DNA of 60,736 nucleotides, filler included, from Platydemus manokwari (lineage: Eukaryota): assembly GCA_037951405.1 (NCBI GenBank). It is 5 parts of 5 records of this genome, joined end to end, with 100 filler letters (N's around TTAATTAATTAA, not from the genome) between each part and the next. Parts side by side here need not be neighbours in the genome. Positions count along the whole stretch, not along the records: positions 14,100 to 22,921 come from JBBMOY011344426.1; positions 23,022 to 38,194 come from JBBMOY011332538.1; 3 more parts are not named here. One strand, 5' to 3'. The position numbers and the translations under genes were made by a program. Shown piece after piece: positions 14,000 through 28,689 of this stretch. Numbering within the stretch: position 1 is the first letter of the stretch; each line of letters starts with the position of its first letter. The notes below the pieces were generated by a model, which did not search any database, was not told where the DNA came from, and saw only the letters and a list, made by a program, of their open reading frames with translations.

Positions 14000-14099
14000 N
14001 NNNNNNNNNNNNNNNNNNNNNNNNNNNNNNNNNNNNNNNNNNNTTAATTAATTAANNNNNNNNNNNNNNNNNNNNNNNNNNNNNNNNNNNNNNNNNNNN
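14000..14099. other. Artificial assembly spacer (44N-TTAATTAATTAA-44N)
   Basis: Identical 100-nt structure occurs four times. TTAATTAATTAA places stops in all six frames. Confidence 0.97.
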
Positions 14100-15323
14100 T
14101 AATAACAATAATAATAATAACTATAATAATTTTAATAGTAATAATAATTCGATTACATACACCCTATTGTTGTTCGTTTCATAGGTTTTATTTTCTTATT
14201 TTCTTTATATGTTTTCATGTGCATTCTTAATCTTCTTATGGAAACATGATAAGTTATTTTAATATTCTTTTTAATAATTTTTTATATTGGGCAAACTATT
14301 AATCATTCATTAATCTCCAATCAGATGACCAGATAAATTAAAGCGATTTATTTATCTAAGCATATTTTATGAGGTTAATTTTTAATAAACTATTTTCAGA
14401 ACGTTATTTTTCTGTTTTTATAAAAATTTCCAATTTAAAGATTGTTTAAACTTTTGTTCGTTAATTTGATCTGGAGCGCCAGAAGGAAATAATTGAACAA
14501 TAAACTTGTTGACGAAAACTTTAATCATTTAATGTTAATTTCAGTTATTAATGTTTGGACAGCCTGCGTATTTCAAAGGCTACCTGTCGAGATAATTATT
14601 AATATGGGGAGATATGCTGATATGGAACCACAAATAATCAAAACTGTTAACCATGGATCAACCGTAAGTGGTGATCAACTCGATTAATATTTGTCCCTGG
14701 TTTCGACAGATTTTTCAGGGAAATATGGAATGATGTATTCGACATAGGATTCGGAAATTACATATAATTGTTCGATCTGCTGGAATTACCTATGATTTAA
14801 TCATAGCTCTTAACAGTCACCGACAAAATCATAATAATCTTCAAAATATTTTAAAATTATTTAACTGAAACCCGATTGAATGCGATCTTTTTATAACATT
14901 ATTTCTATTATAATTAAGATGGTGGGATAACCAATATCGATCATGATAAACGAATAATGTTTAGTTAAACAAGCTAAGAAAATTAAATTCATTATTTTAA
15001 TTATCACATTTTTCGAACAAAAAATATAAATTAATTATTTGATAGTTCGATATCATGAGATAGTCTTTAACTCCGGATGACAGAGGTTTATGATAAGAAA
15101 GAAAAATACCTGAATGTATTTCCTAACTCAATTCCCAATTAGAGATTTTTCTTGTATCTACTAATTTACAGATAATAAGAACACTACTTGTCACATTGAC
15201 ATTGAAAGTACTTCTTTCAATTGCATTACAAAGAACATTTGAGCAGTTATTATATTAAGGGAATTTTTATTAATGATAAAATTTATAATCTGGAAAAACA
15301 TTTAAAATCTATCATTATTATTA

Positions 15324-16674
<1,351 letters not shown>

Positions 16675-17954
16675 AGAGCAAATTCAACAAAAATTAGATG
16701 CAGTGATTTCAAAAGTCTCAATTATAATCGCTAACTATAAAACTGAATGCTGATAGGTTGCGTTAAATAATTATCTATATCCACTTCGCAACGATTATTT
16801 AAAACGAATAAATAGTATTAATAATAATAGTAATATCTTCCTTCTCATTATCTCAATTTATCTCTTTAATGGAGAGAATGACAAGCTAGTTCTTAGGAAG
16901 CAGGTGATGTTGAAGCTGATTCAGACTATTTCTTAGTTGTCCTATTGTTCTAATTGAAAATAGCCTGATTTCATATCAACGTGAGAATCTCTTAAGTACA
17001 CTGACATGCCAGCAATATAGAACTAACAGGCTATTCCATACATACAGCCACGTTTATCCTCGTATCCTCATATACGCACACATACACAGTCTATTAGAAT
17101 GTCGTGTAATTGCTGCTTATTAATTCGCTGGAGGGCGGCAATAAAACCAAATTAATTTGTGAATTCGATCTGCTAGAGTTCCTTCGCCTCTTCTAATATT
17201 TGATATAGGAGGCTTAATGAGATATAAGCATTTTTTTCGTTTTGTTGTAAATCTTTGTCCTGATAAATATATTGGAGCTGGAAAATTACCCAGTAAACAA
17301 TTAACCGCATTGAAATATTAAACACGTTTCAGGATTGCCATTTATTAAATTGAGTAGGCTAATTATTGCAGATTATGTGGAGATATATTAATTTTACCAC
17401 GCAACTAACTGCTTTAAGCAAGCGCAGCTGACTTATCGATGTGATTCCTGTCGTCAACAATTGCTGACTGAAAATACAAGGGAAATAATTTATCAAGAAT
17501 TGCATTGCAGAGAATATGCACGATGCATCTAGTATTAGAATTAATGTGGCTGCGAATAATTGAGAATTGATAATGGGTTTTAAATTACTTGAAATACACG
17601 TTTTTTATTCAATACTGTCGTCGTTGCATGCTCCATCATGTGAGTGTTAAACCAGCCGTATTTGTTGCTAATGGGTCGGCCTTGTTTGGTAAAATTTCCA
17701 GTTAATAGACTTGTTAATTGCTACTGTCTAGTTGCTCAATTATTTCTTTCTAATAACCAATTGAATGCTATTAATAAAAATAATTACTCTATATCTCTAG
17801 ACTTTGGTTGTCAAAGATCAAAATGCATTGGTTTGTTGTCCGTTATTATTGACAACCTCAATCGTTGATCGATATCGAAAACAATTTCTCCGAATATAAC
17901 GACGACTGAAAGAACCACAGCTTGAGCACTCGTTTGATTTGTAATTCGCACCCA

Positions 17955-18002
17955 TACACACGCACACAGAAACACACACATCGAAACACACACACACACA
18001 CA
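17955..18002. repeat. Imperfect (CA)n microsatellite
   Basis: Seen directly. It explains the CV-repeat ORFs at 17811-18018. Confidence 0.9.
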
Positions 18003-19829
18003 GTCGTAGAAATATCAAATTCCTTTGAATTTGTCATTTCTCATCAGCATTAATTATCATTCACGATTATTTTTTTTTATTTTATTATTATTGTTGTTAT
18101 TCTTGAAATCAAGAGTCGGACTCATTTGATAGCATGGCTTAAAGGAAAAGTTCTACAAGGAACAACAATTGTTTTTACTCGATAAAAGTGGACAATCGTT
18201 TTATTAATCGTAATATTTCTGAATTGAATGACGCTGATTTTATTTTGTCGATTTTAATTAACGAACAAAATATTCTCTCTAAACGGTCAATTGAGAAGAA
18301 ATTAAAAGAAATCAGGCAAAAAATAGAAGTTTTGTGTAGATATTGATTTCCGTATTTTAAAACAAAATTCGAATGTTCTCTCAAACAAAGATATTCAACG
18401 ATAGCGTTGATAGTAAATGCATAGATATAAATTTTTTTTATCGAAAAAAGGGTTTTTTAACATTTATCGTGGCCCAAATGAAACATCTCATCCGTATCCG
18501 ATCCACACACGCAAACCTTTTGTTCAAATTCGATCCATATCAGCTAAGATTGACTGATTACTCTACTGAGCCGCTATATTTAGATGGAATTGTCCGAGAG
18601 AGTCAGAAAATGTGAGTCAGTTACGATAAAGCAACTTTCCAGTTTTATACTCCAATGAATTGCAATATTAATGTAATTCGACTACATTTTCCATAATTCA
18701 CACATTTCATGCCAATGATGGAATAATTAGAAAATGAATTTCAAACATTGATTAATGATCAAATATATTCTATTGGAGATTGAAGATTATTTCGATTGGT
18801 TATTGACTTTGTAATTAAATCGAATGTTTGATAGATATTCTTCACTATTTTCTAATATTTACCATTCCAGATCGATTTGTCTTTTATCGATTTTATCTTT
18901 CCCAATCAATCTGTGAATCTTTCCCATTAGTTTCTTCTTGTGCAGCAAATCTTCCGTTCAATGACATTTCTACAAAAGCTTGTCTGCACAATGTCAAAAT
19001 GAAATCATTATACAATGTCGAATGATATCATCAGACTCGATTGATGGAGAAAAGATTATACTTTTGAAATTTTACACCCAAAAAATTGACGAAAAAATTA
19101 ATTTAATGCACCAAGCAAAAATTATTTTAGGATTGATTGTTAATTGATTATCTTATTGAGAATTTTTAAGTTGTTATAAATAATTTTTAATCGTTTTAAG
19201 TAAAATAAATAATTTCTTTGAATAGATTGGTTAAATAAACGTTTTGTAGCCAACTTCTCAAGTCCACTTTTCCAGCCATGGTTAATAAAATAATATGTGC
19301 TAACATTATCGATTTAAGCGATTCAGAGATAGGTTCAAAATAAAAAAAAGAATACAAACTACTTTTGAATTGTAAAAATAAAATTTGAAATCCAGAATAA
19401 AATAGCTTGTTTAAAATCTAAAAAAGGTTACGGTGACACCCTTATGTGTTACCATAAATCTTTATGTTACTGAGTTATTTTAATATACACTTATACAAGG
19501 TAAACTATTTCTCCATTGAAAACCCAGATTCATTTAAATTTTCTTTCCAAATCGTAACTATCTGTAATTGTCTGATAAGTTTGTCATGACAACATTCTCA
19601 TTGGATAAAAATCTACACTCGTCTTTACCAAAACAAAGGATGGTTTTTTCGATTTTTACAATGCCTGATTTGGTTTAATAAAGAAGTTGCATTAAAATTT
19701 GTTTCAGAATGAAATTTCTGTTCTAGAAATTCTAAATGTCGAAACTCGGTAAATGTCGGAAACAAAAGCATATGAATAATACAAAAATTTTCAACCAGGA
19801 TTGAGAATGTATTGAAAATCAGAAACATC

Positions 19830-20005
19830 AAAGACTACGGAAAACGTGAAATGGTTCACAGCATTGAAAGAAAATCAAAGATTTTGTGTTCGAGAAAATT
19901 ATAAATCATTCTGATATTGTGAGCATTTCATTTGGTTCAGTCTGGAGCATTTTAAAAGATGTTATGTGCTTCAGACGAGTTCGACTTCGTTTGATAAAGA
20001 AATAC
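19830..20005 (+). mobile_element. Degenerate mariner transposase fragment (second HTH/linker)
   Basis: TTENVK...ENQRFCVRE / DIVSISFGSVWSILKDVMCFRRVRLRLIKK resembles the mariner motif ENRR.T.RE...ISFGSVQSIL...LG.RRV..R.VPK. Frameshifted. Confidence 0.7.
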
Positions 20006-22870
20006 TTCATTATTTCAGGAGAAGACCCGAAAACCGAAGCCCAATCTGGAGAATTTAGTACTAATTTGAGTCAAGACCAAACAAATTGCTTTTGAATCCC
20101 TTATGTTATGAATTCCTTCCGTTTGACCACATTGTTTATAAAGAATATTATTTTGGTGTTATGCATCATTGACGTAAATTTATTTTCACCTGAAGGTACC
20201 AGATTCTCGAATTGAAAAAGACAATACATAAGTTTATTGTGTCGGAAGGAGGTTACTTTGTCAGTGATGAAATTGATTTGAAAGAATAAATTTAGATTTT
20301 TCATTTTATTACAAAATTCCCACTCATATTTGATCACAGTAATATATTACCGATGCATTATCCACTTGTTACTGCCAAGAGTTTTCATTTATCGTTATTT
20401 CAGAAATATTGATTTTGGAAAATGAGTGAATACAGTCAACGTTTTTTCAGACGAATATTTTGACGTCACTCCTGCATTGAACAAAATAATCACAAACATC
20501 CCTTTGGTACCAAACGAGCATACATAGATATTGCATATCACAGAAATATAAAGCTTCGATAAAAAATTAAAATGAAAGACGTTAGGAAAGGATATTTGAA
20601 TCCAAAAAAATAGGAAGTTAAGAAATATTAACAAAGCACTCCAAATCTATACAATAAATAATTATTCGTTGATAATTAAAAACGAAATCATGTATAAATC
20701 AGCACACCCAATTGTATTGAAATTAAAAAAAAAACTTGGAACATTGATACTGAGAAAAATTTTTTTGCAAATCGACTTAGTAAAACAAAAAATTGAGAAT
20801 CGAATCGAAATCTATAATAAACTTCCAATAAAGAGGAAATCAGATGAGTTGTTGTTTTAATATGATATCCTAAAATCGATTTCTCTTCTACACAATCGAT
20901 GTTATTAATTTAACGGTTAATAAAAGATTAAAATGAATATGGAAAATATTTTCCGATGATTTAAATAGAGAAAAGAAAAATCGACAAAGTTGAAAATTCT
21001 TTTGATGCAGTTAAGCTTTATCATATTAATTGGAAAGAAATTGGTAAGTAAAAATAAATAAAACGAAGAGAGCGAGAGAGAAATAGACTAACGAGAAATG
21101 ACACCGTTATTTAGATATAAGTTTTTTGATTTAGCAATACAAGTTACGTTAAAAGTATGGAGATTAGTTATTAAGACTTTTTAGTAAGCCTAGACTTATA
21201 AATGGAATTAAGCTGGGAATATTGTGGGAAGAATAAATTACTTCGTTATCATTTATCGATTGATTTACAGAACTAAGTGAAAATGAAAGGTTCTTAATAT
21301 TGTAGTTCAAAAAACATCTCAACATCTCAAAACAATTATTCCAAAATCACAACGGATGTGTTCGAGAAAAGTTCTCAAAGAAAGGTATGGATATGCTGGG
21401 GTTCTACGTGTAATGTTGTGACTTTTATGGATTTAAGATAATCCTATAGGTGATATCAGATAAATAAAAATAACACAACAATATGTAGAAATTAATAATT
21501 ATTGTAAATTATAAATCGATCTGACTCAAATTAAATCGATAATGAATTCAATTAAAATAAAATATAATTGATATTACAATAAATACAATTAAAGAGATAT
21601 CAATTGACTGCGATTTACTGTTAATTTAAAGTCTACTGTGTTTGTGTCCAAGTCACTGAGTAATTTGATGAGGGTTGGGTCTATCAGTGTCAAGAACCGT
21701 TTTTGGTTATAAGTCATTTTACACAAGAATTTAGTGTTTAATTACTAGAATGGTCGAACTGAGTCCAATTCATTTAAATCAAGAACAAGAATTACATAGA
21801 AATTCATTACAAAATTCATAGAAAATTTCAAGTAGAAATGGCTTTGTGATTGCAATCTAAATAATGAAATGACATTGGTGACAATTTTCTGCTAATCGTT
21901 TCGAGCTAATACATGCTCGATTTTTCTGAGTGAAATACGACAAATTTCTTCATCTTGAGATATTGATTATTGGGACAATAAGTAGATTTCTCTAATAGTA
22001 TGCAACTAATAATAGTAGTTTGCTGATCGCGAATTGTGGCAATTTAGTAACAATTATTTTATCGTGAATTATTAATGTATTAAGGTACATCTTTTTACTG
22101 ACAATCGATAATATTTTTGAGGTTTATTTATATTGCTATTATTTTTTTATTTTATTCTACATCGATTTTTGTCTTTTTTCTATAACAATTATGTCACATT
22201 TTATTTCTTGTTTCTATTTTTAGTTATTATTATTTTATATTACTATTTTTTGTATTTTTTAAGACAATTCCTGATTACAAATTTATTCCCTGAGAAGGAA
22301 ATGTCAGATCACAAAAACAATAACGCTGATTTTGCAAATAGACAGCACGTTACTGAAGTGAATAGCTGCCGAATAAGAAAAGTCGGACGGAGAAGATAAA
22401 CAAGACGGTTTAGGTTATGTGCTATTTAAAATAAATTAAAAATTTAAAACTAGCAAATTAGTTTCATTAAATATAATGCAGTGACGATTAATTGCAAAAG
22501 AATCGAGTGTTACAGCAATCAAAAATTAATCAAAACTTGATTCTTCTTGGCTCAAATAGATTACAGTAAGATCCAACTAAATAAAATTAAAAATATTCGA
22601 TCCGCATAATGTTCCATTTTGTGTCTTTCTTGATGCGTCTCTTTATATTTATTTATACCACTTTTCATGGACTTTAGACATAATTTTTGACTGTTATTTT
22701 CGGTGGATTTTTAATATAATGTTATGTGATGTTCCACTCATTTAATTCGAAATATTTTTAATCTAGTTTGAATCTTAGCAAATGCTAATTGAAATTGTCA
22801 GCTTTATTATTTTATATTTTGCATTAAATATCCTTTTATTTATTTACGTACTGTCATTATTAACTCTGTG

Positions 22871-22872
<2 letters not shown>

Positions 22873-22909
<37 letters not shown>

Positions 22910-22921
22910 CATTATTATTAT
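22873..22921. repeat. (ATT)n microsatellite abutting gap
   Basis: Seen directly. Confidence 0.95.
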
Positions 22922-23021
22922 NNNNNNNNNNNNNNNNNNNNNNNNNNNNNNNNNNNNNNNNNNNNTTAATTAATTAANNNNNNNNNNNNNNNNNNNNNNN
23001 NNNNNNNNNNNNNNNNNNNNN
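22922..23021. other. Artificial assembly spacer
   Basis: 44N-TTAATTAATTAA-44N. Confidence 0.97.
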
Positions 23022-23999
23022 TTAACATGCAAATCCCTTAATATCTCCAAACAAGAAATATATGACTTATACCACTTTCATAATCAAGGGCACATATAAA
23101 ATTCTTTCAGTGAGCTAATCTGTGTGCAATCATCTGTAAATTTGTGATTAGTTGAAAATAAATATTATAAATAACTGTCTGTCATTATTCTTGTTGACTA
23201 TTTATTTTTATAAATTTGAACACAATACAACTCAAGCCTTTGATTTGTTAGTAATATCACACAAGCACCTAACCCAATTTAACAGATGGAAATTTACAAT
23301 ATATACGTTAGTGTTAAAAGATTAGTTTACGCAAGCTTAGTAGATGAATTTGCCTCTCTTCTAGCAGTAACCTACTTTGTCCAACTCTAATAATTGTGTG
23401 ATTTCTATAACTAGGATAGGCTATCTAAAGTGAACACAGTAATGACCAAAAATTATCTAAACCAACCACTAATACATCTCAGTACTTTAGAATTTAGGTA
23501 AATCCCGGTGCAAAAATTGGTACATCGGTTTTTTTTCTTGATAATGAAGAATTTTATTTCTGAAGGTTTTATTGATTATTCTCGAATTTTACAGTAATTT
23601 ACTAGTTTTAAATATTGATTTTAATGATCTCTTTCTTGTTGTTTCTTATCACACGTTTATCGTCATTGCTGTGAAGGAAAAGATTCTTTGTAGTGTTCTA
23701 ATTCACTAATTTTGTAGTATGTTACGTAATAAAATTATGAAAACAAATTGAACTTACTTAAGCCACTCTGTTTCGAATTTTCGAAACAATTTGAAAATCC
23801 TTCTAGCACTTTAGTTAAATAATAAAAATTTAAAAATAAAATAATAAAATATCGATTATAAAATCACTATAAAATCAAATCGAAAATCATTTGAAAACAA
23901 TAAAATCAATCAATCAAACGATCTCAAATTAATGTGTAAAATCGTTATTTTGTTTTACGGAATTAATTCATATTTATTCCAGTGATTGTGTTATTAAAT

Positions 24000-24660
24000 A
24001 TGGCAAAAAAGTACGATAATCCGAGTATTGTTTATGGAAATCAAGTGATGTTTTTCTCAATTTAAAAAACCGTATTGATTTCTTTTTAATAACCATTATA
24101 GAATGATGATGATACGCCAGCAAATATCTCTGAGTTAGAAAATTATGCTGAAAAGGTAACCCTATAAATTAGGCTATGAAACTTAATTTTTATTATATCT
24201 ATAGAATAGGTCTAAACCGAAACATTCAAAGGAAGGCGAAAACAAAGTAAATCGTATTTTTCCAAACTTTATTGTAATCTAAACATCACATATAGGATTG
24301 GTTTGATACTGACAGTGCTCATGATGATGACGAAGAAGATGAAGATTATGAAGTTTCTTTCTACGACCCTCGTCATCCAAATATTGATCAAACGAGGTAA
24401 AAATTGTCGATTTTATAACTGTGTCATTGGAGATAAATCATTTAGAAATTGTTTCGATAACTATGTCAACGCTCACAGGTGCAAAAATATCTACGGTGAA
24501 CATTTCAATCCGTGTCAATATTTTGAGATGACTTATAAACAAATATGCCCGACAGATTTAGTTAGAGTTGCGCTTGATATTTGATGGTATTAATTGATTT
24601 TAGATTGAAAAATGGGATGAATTCGTCAATGATGGAGCCATGCCTGCAAATCTAAATTAG
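24000..24660 (+). CDS. COX6B: Cytochrome c oxidase subunit 6B-like, 137 aa, 6 exons (24000-24044, 24102-24155, 24205-24246, 24296-24396, 24446-24560, 24604-24660)
   Basis: Spliced product ends ...YDPRHPNIDQTRNCFDNYVNAHRCKNIYGEHFNPCQYFEMTYKQICPTDLIEKWDEFVNDGAMPANLN*. It has the D.R.PN..QTRNC and Cx9C...Cx10C pattern and the WDE...G..P tail of COX6B/Cox12. All introns are GT-AG, 43-57 nt and frame-consistent. Confidence 0.93.
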
Positions 24661-25121
24661 TTTTGTTAGTTAGGATAGTTCAATTTGAATTAAATAGTTT
24701 TGTCAGTCTTTCATTAAATATTGATTTATTCTAGTAATCATTATTAAATCTATTATGCACCTAATAATTTTAGTTTAAAATTAAATTTGTGAGTGAAAGA
24801 ATATTTTATTTCTTGATTTTATGTAGACGTGTTCGTTTTTTGCAAAGCAAAGTTGAAGCTTAACAATAAAGTATAAGCTTAATGACGATGAATTTGGCAG
24901 ACTATAATTTTATATATATATATATATATATGACCAATATGATGTAAGGCTTTACTGGTGAATTGTAAATGTCAAAATAATTTCAAAATCATTAATCAAT
25001 GTGCTTACATATCACCTCACTTCAAATCTTGCAACTACCCTATGTTCCTGGTAAGTGTCTACTATACGGCATTCTTGGTTTTATACCTTTTATCGTAGAT
25101 TATTTTTTTGATAAAGGCATT

Positions 25122-25246
25122 AATATCCGTATTTGTATCTTTACCGGATAAGCCCCACCAAAAAAGATTATAAAAATGAGAATATGAATCTTTTAGTTTT
25201 TATTGAAGAGGGTGAAGGGGTTTATCTGGAAAAGATCCCGATATTT
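25122..25246. mobile_element. Small fold-back/MITE-like element
   Basis: atctttaccggataagcccc (25137-25156) is an imperfect inverted repeat of ggggtttatctggaaaagat (25217-25236). Inner aaaagatt/aatctttt is also inverted. Confidence 0.6.
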
Positions 25247-26561
25247 TTATAGCATTTTCTTCTTTATTAATACTCAAGGACCCACATTGGATTTTCTTCT
25301 CGATTGTTCTTTGATTCTCATAATATCTAGTCTTCAATATTTCTTAGATTTTGTCTTCTCGGACTTTTATTTGTAAAACATCCAAATGTTTTCCTTTGCT
25401 GATATCATTCGAAAACTACATCAGCTGTGAAAAATGTCTTCTATTGGATTTTCGTGTTTAATAAAAACTCTATATCGGGCAATAATTGGACCCAATCTTG
25501 TGCTTCTTGTTTGCAATAAATGTTGATATTGTTTTATCTACAATTCGTAATTGATTCCTGACTAGACCATTTGTGTTGTCCTGATAAAGGTTGCGCTATT
25601 TTAACACAGAATACCTTTTTTTCAGGAGCTCTGAAATAACTTAGGATTTGAATAGTCTCTATCTGTATGTGATGTTTCAGAAGCGCCAGATTTTAAGAAA
25701 CATTTACCTCCCAGTACCTAGGCTGTTGTCTTCTCAATTTTATGTCCTACCGCTGTGAATATATTGATCTATTTAATAATCCGAAAAACATACATAAACA
25801 TCTTTAAATATTTTATTTAAAACTTCACTTCTTACATTTTCTTTTGTTTTTTCAGCTTCGACATGCTTCACATTTTTCAATCACGTTTTGACTTCCGTAG
25901 GCTGAATAATCAATAATCTGGGTCAGTTTTCATCTGGCTTCGCACCGTCGTGTATCGTCTTCTTCCTGATATATTGCATAAGAGTTGTTAAAATGTCTGT
26001 CCTTTCTATATTTCATCTTCATATTCAGCTTAATCAAAAAGTATATTCCATTATGACCTTGAGCGGTAATAGGCTCTTTTGTCTGTCACATAAAGGTTAT
26101 AGCATTCCGTTCTCAAAGTTAATCTCTTTCTGTAAAGATCTTTCTTGAATTATTGCTAACAGTTCTTCATAAATAATCCAGTAATTAATAATATGCTTAT
26201 CCATTAATTTGGATCCGTTTGATGTTGATTTTTGTTTCCGTCTTCATCTACTGGGCTTGAACTCTTCTAATTGTGTCGAAACTCGCATCAGTGTGTAAAA
26301 TATAATAAGTTTTCATATCCGATATTTCTAATTTATGAGTGGACATCTTCAATAATTACAAATAAATGTAACTGATGGAATTTTATGATGAATTAGAGAT
26401 GATTAGGAATATTTCAACATTAATTTATGGATGAATTATCCAGTATATTAGTATGATAAGTTAGAAGAGATATTTGATGCTTACTCCAAAGATCTGGCCC
26501 ATAACAGAGTAATAGATTGGGTGCAATGTAGTATGAATGTTATAATAATAACCAACTCAAA

Positions 26562-26562
<1 letters not shown>

Positions 26563-26604
<42 letters not shown>
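26563..26604. repeat. (AAT)n microsatellite
   Basis: Seen directly; gives the poly-N of ORF 26521-26706. Confidence 0.95.
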
Positions 26605-26605
<1 letters not shown>

Positions 26606-28239
26606 TTATAATAAAAATTATCAAATATAACAATTTAAAAGAAGTAAAGATATGGTTTCCTGACGATGATAAAAATCATAGGAGAGAACTAATTGCACAA
26701 TACTGAGAATTTCAAAAGTAGGAAATCTGATTTTAAAACCCAGCAAATTTCTTCGAACTTTATGGGTGGGTTGAATTAGATTTCCATTACGAATCTCCTC
26801 TCGCAAATGATAAGAATGCAATAATTATGATGTTGTTAATGAAATTTACCATATTTTCCTGATCATTAAAAATTGATTGATTCGCGAAATAATCAAATTT
26901 CTCTGTAACAATGATTAAGTTCTTTTGCGAATAATATTGGAAATTCGCCAGTAAATGGTGCTTACAAATGATAATTCCTTAACGATAAATATTGCTTGCT
27001 AACGTATCCAATCTATTTCGAGAATAAATGTGCAAATTTGTGCATGAGAAATGTCTCTAATAAATTTCCAAATCTTGTGATAATTTTTGTGCTTATGAAC
27101 GCATACTGATTGACTCTATAAATTTTTTTGTGCGATACTGATATGAGCTATCTAATTTTTTGGGGTTTCTGAATTGTGAGCTTGGTAATTAATTTTTCTG
27201 TATTTTCTATTTCTCCATGGTGATCATTCAACATTTGAAATCAACTTTAAATATCTATGATATTACCATGACAACGCGTTTTTAAAATTTTATTTATTCA
27301 TAATTTTGTATTTCGTCATGTTTGCATTCACATTTAATATTTTAATTTATATATTATTTATATTTATATATTTCTGTACGTGTGTTTTCGACATTTTCCC
27401 ACACATTATGACTAATTAAACTAAAAATAGGCCAAAATCTAAAAATAGATTAAATTGAAGATCTGAACTTGCTTTTAAAATGTTATAAACAGTAAGTAAT
27501 CATTTTTAAACTTAATATCAGTATTATTAAAATAGTGAAATAGCTGCAAATAGTAATGAAAAGTAAAAACAAAAAAATCAACGCAATATAAATACAAAAG
27601 TAAAACTATCCCAGCATTTTTGATTATTGGAAAGCCTAACATTGTAATTTCATACCAACCACTAGTGAAGCATGAAAAAGAAAAGGAGACGTCCTTAAAG
27701 TAGTATTCACAAAACTATAGAATTTTTAATAATTACTCAAATTAAATGCCCTAGTTTTTTGTCTATCAATTATTATCCTTTTGAACATTATTGTACTTCA
27801 TCGAATCTTATTTTATATCTTCTGATTCTAATTACAATTTAATGTCGCCAAATTCTTTTTGTCTAAATTTTTTTCATCAACAACTTAACAGTAATATATC
27901 AAGAAACATTGTTTTTGTTTACTTTTCGTGAATGTTTTCACAGCATTTGAAATATCCTAATATTTCAGTCATATATTCAACAACATACAACAACAATGAA
28001 AGTCGTTCGACTCAGTGTTAGTAATCAATCTAGAATCATGTTTAAAATTAACAGGCTTTGATTGGAAATAAAACTTGAGAATTCACTCTTTTCAGAGGCA
28101 TAAATAACATCTGATTATACATACCTACTAAGGCAAGTTTTAGAGTATGCAAAAACATATTACCAATTTTGCAAAAACTAATACAATAAAAATTATTAGT
28201 CTTTGATAAGTGTTTTAGATAAAATTTCAATAGTTTTTG

Positions 28240-28380
28240 TGGCTTAAGTTAAGAAAAATGGTCCATTGACCTACTTTCGTTATAATGAATTTTCGCGCAT
28301 GAGGTAATTTTATAACTTAATTTTATTTATAACTGCTATTTTTGAATTATTTGTATAATTCAATTAAAATTTCAATTTTT
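28240..28380 (+). repeat. Dispersed repeat family A, copy 2
   Basis: Similarity to 4478-4600 by eye. Confidence 0.55.
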
Positions 28381-28689
28381 AAGATTCCTAAAAGTGACGA
28401 GACAGTTTTAAAACCAAGTTCCCATTCTTACCACTACGCTTCTATATCAAAACTTTTATTTATATTGCAAAATATTCTGATATTTTCTGGAACCTCCTTC
28501 AAAGTGTTGGCAGCTTAGATAATTAACAATTTCGATAGTTGAAGTGTGATTCTCCTTTTCGCAGTTTAATCGCTCTTCGACATTTAAATTGCTCTGGTTC
28601 TGATTCCTCAACCTTCTCGTTTCATTGTCTTCTATAATTTTGTATCACTGCATCGTTGGTTTCCTTTAAATCGATAATGACTCCACTTT

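Noticed and set aside
14044-14055. TTAATTAATTAA palindrome repeated four times as a biological motif
   Set aside because: Always centred in 44N flanks: an artificial linker
17644-22399. Numerous 60-90 aa ORFs rich in F/I/L/K/N
   Set aside because: Expected from AT-rich non-coding DNA and alternative start codons; no motifs except the mariner fragment
26640-26665. EVKIWF peptide resembling the missing homeodomain helix 3
   Set aside because: Wrong strand and wrong side of the Nkx1 gene; continues PDDD rather than QNRR and follows an AAT microsatellite
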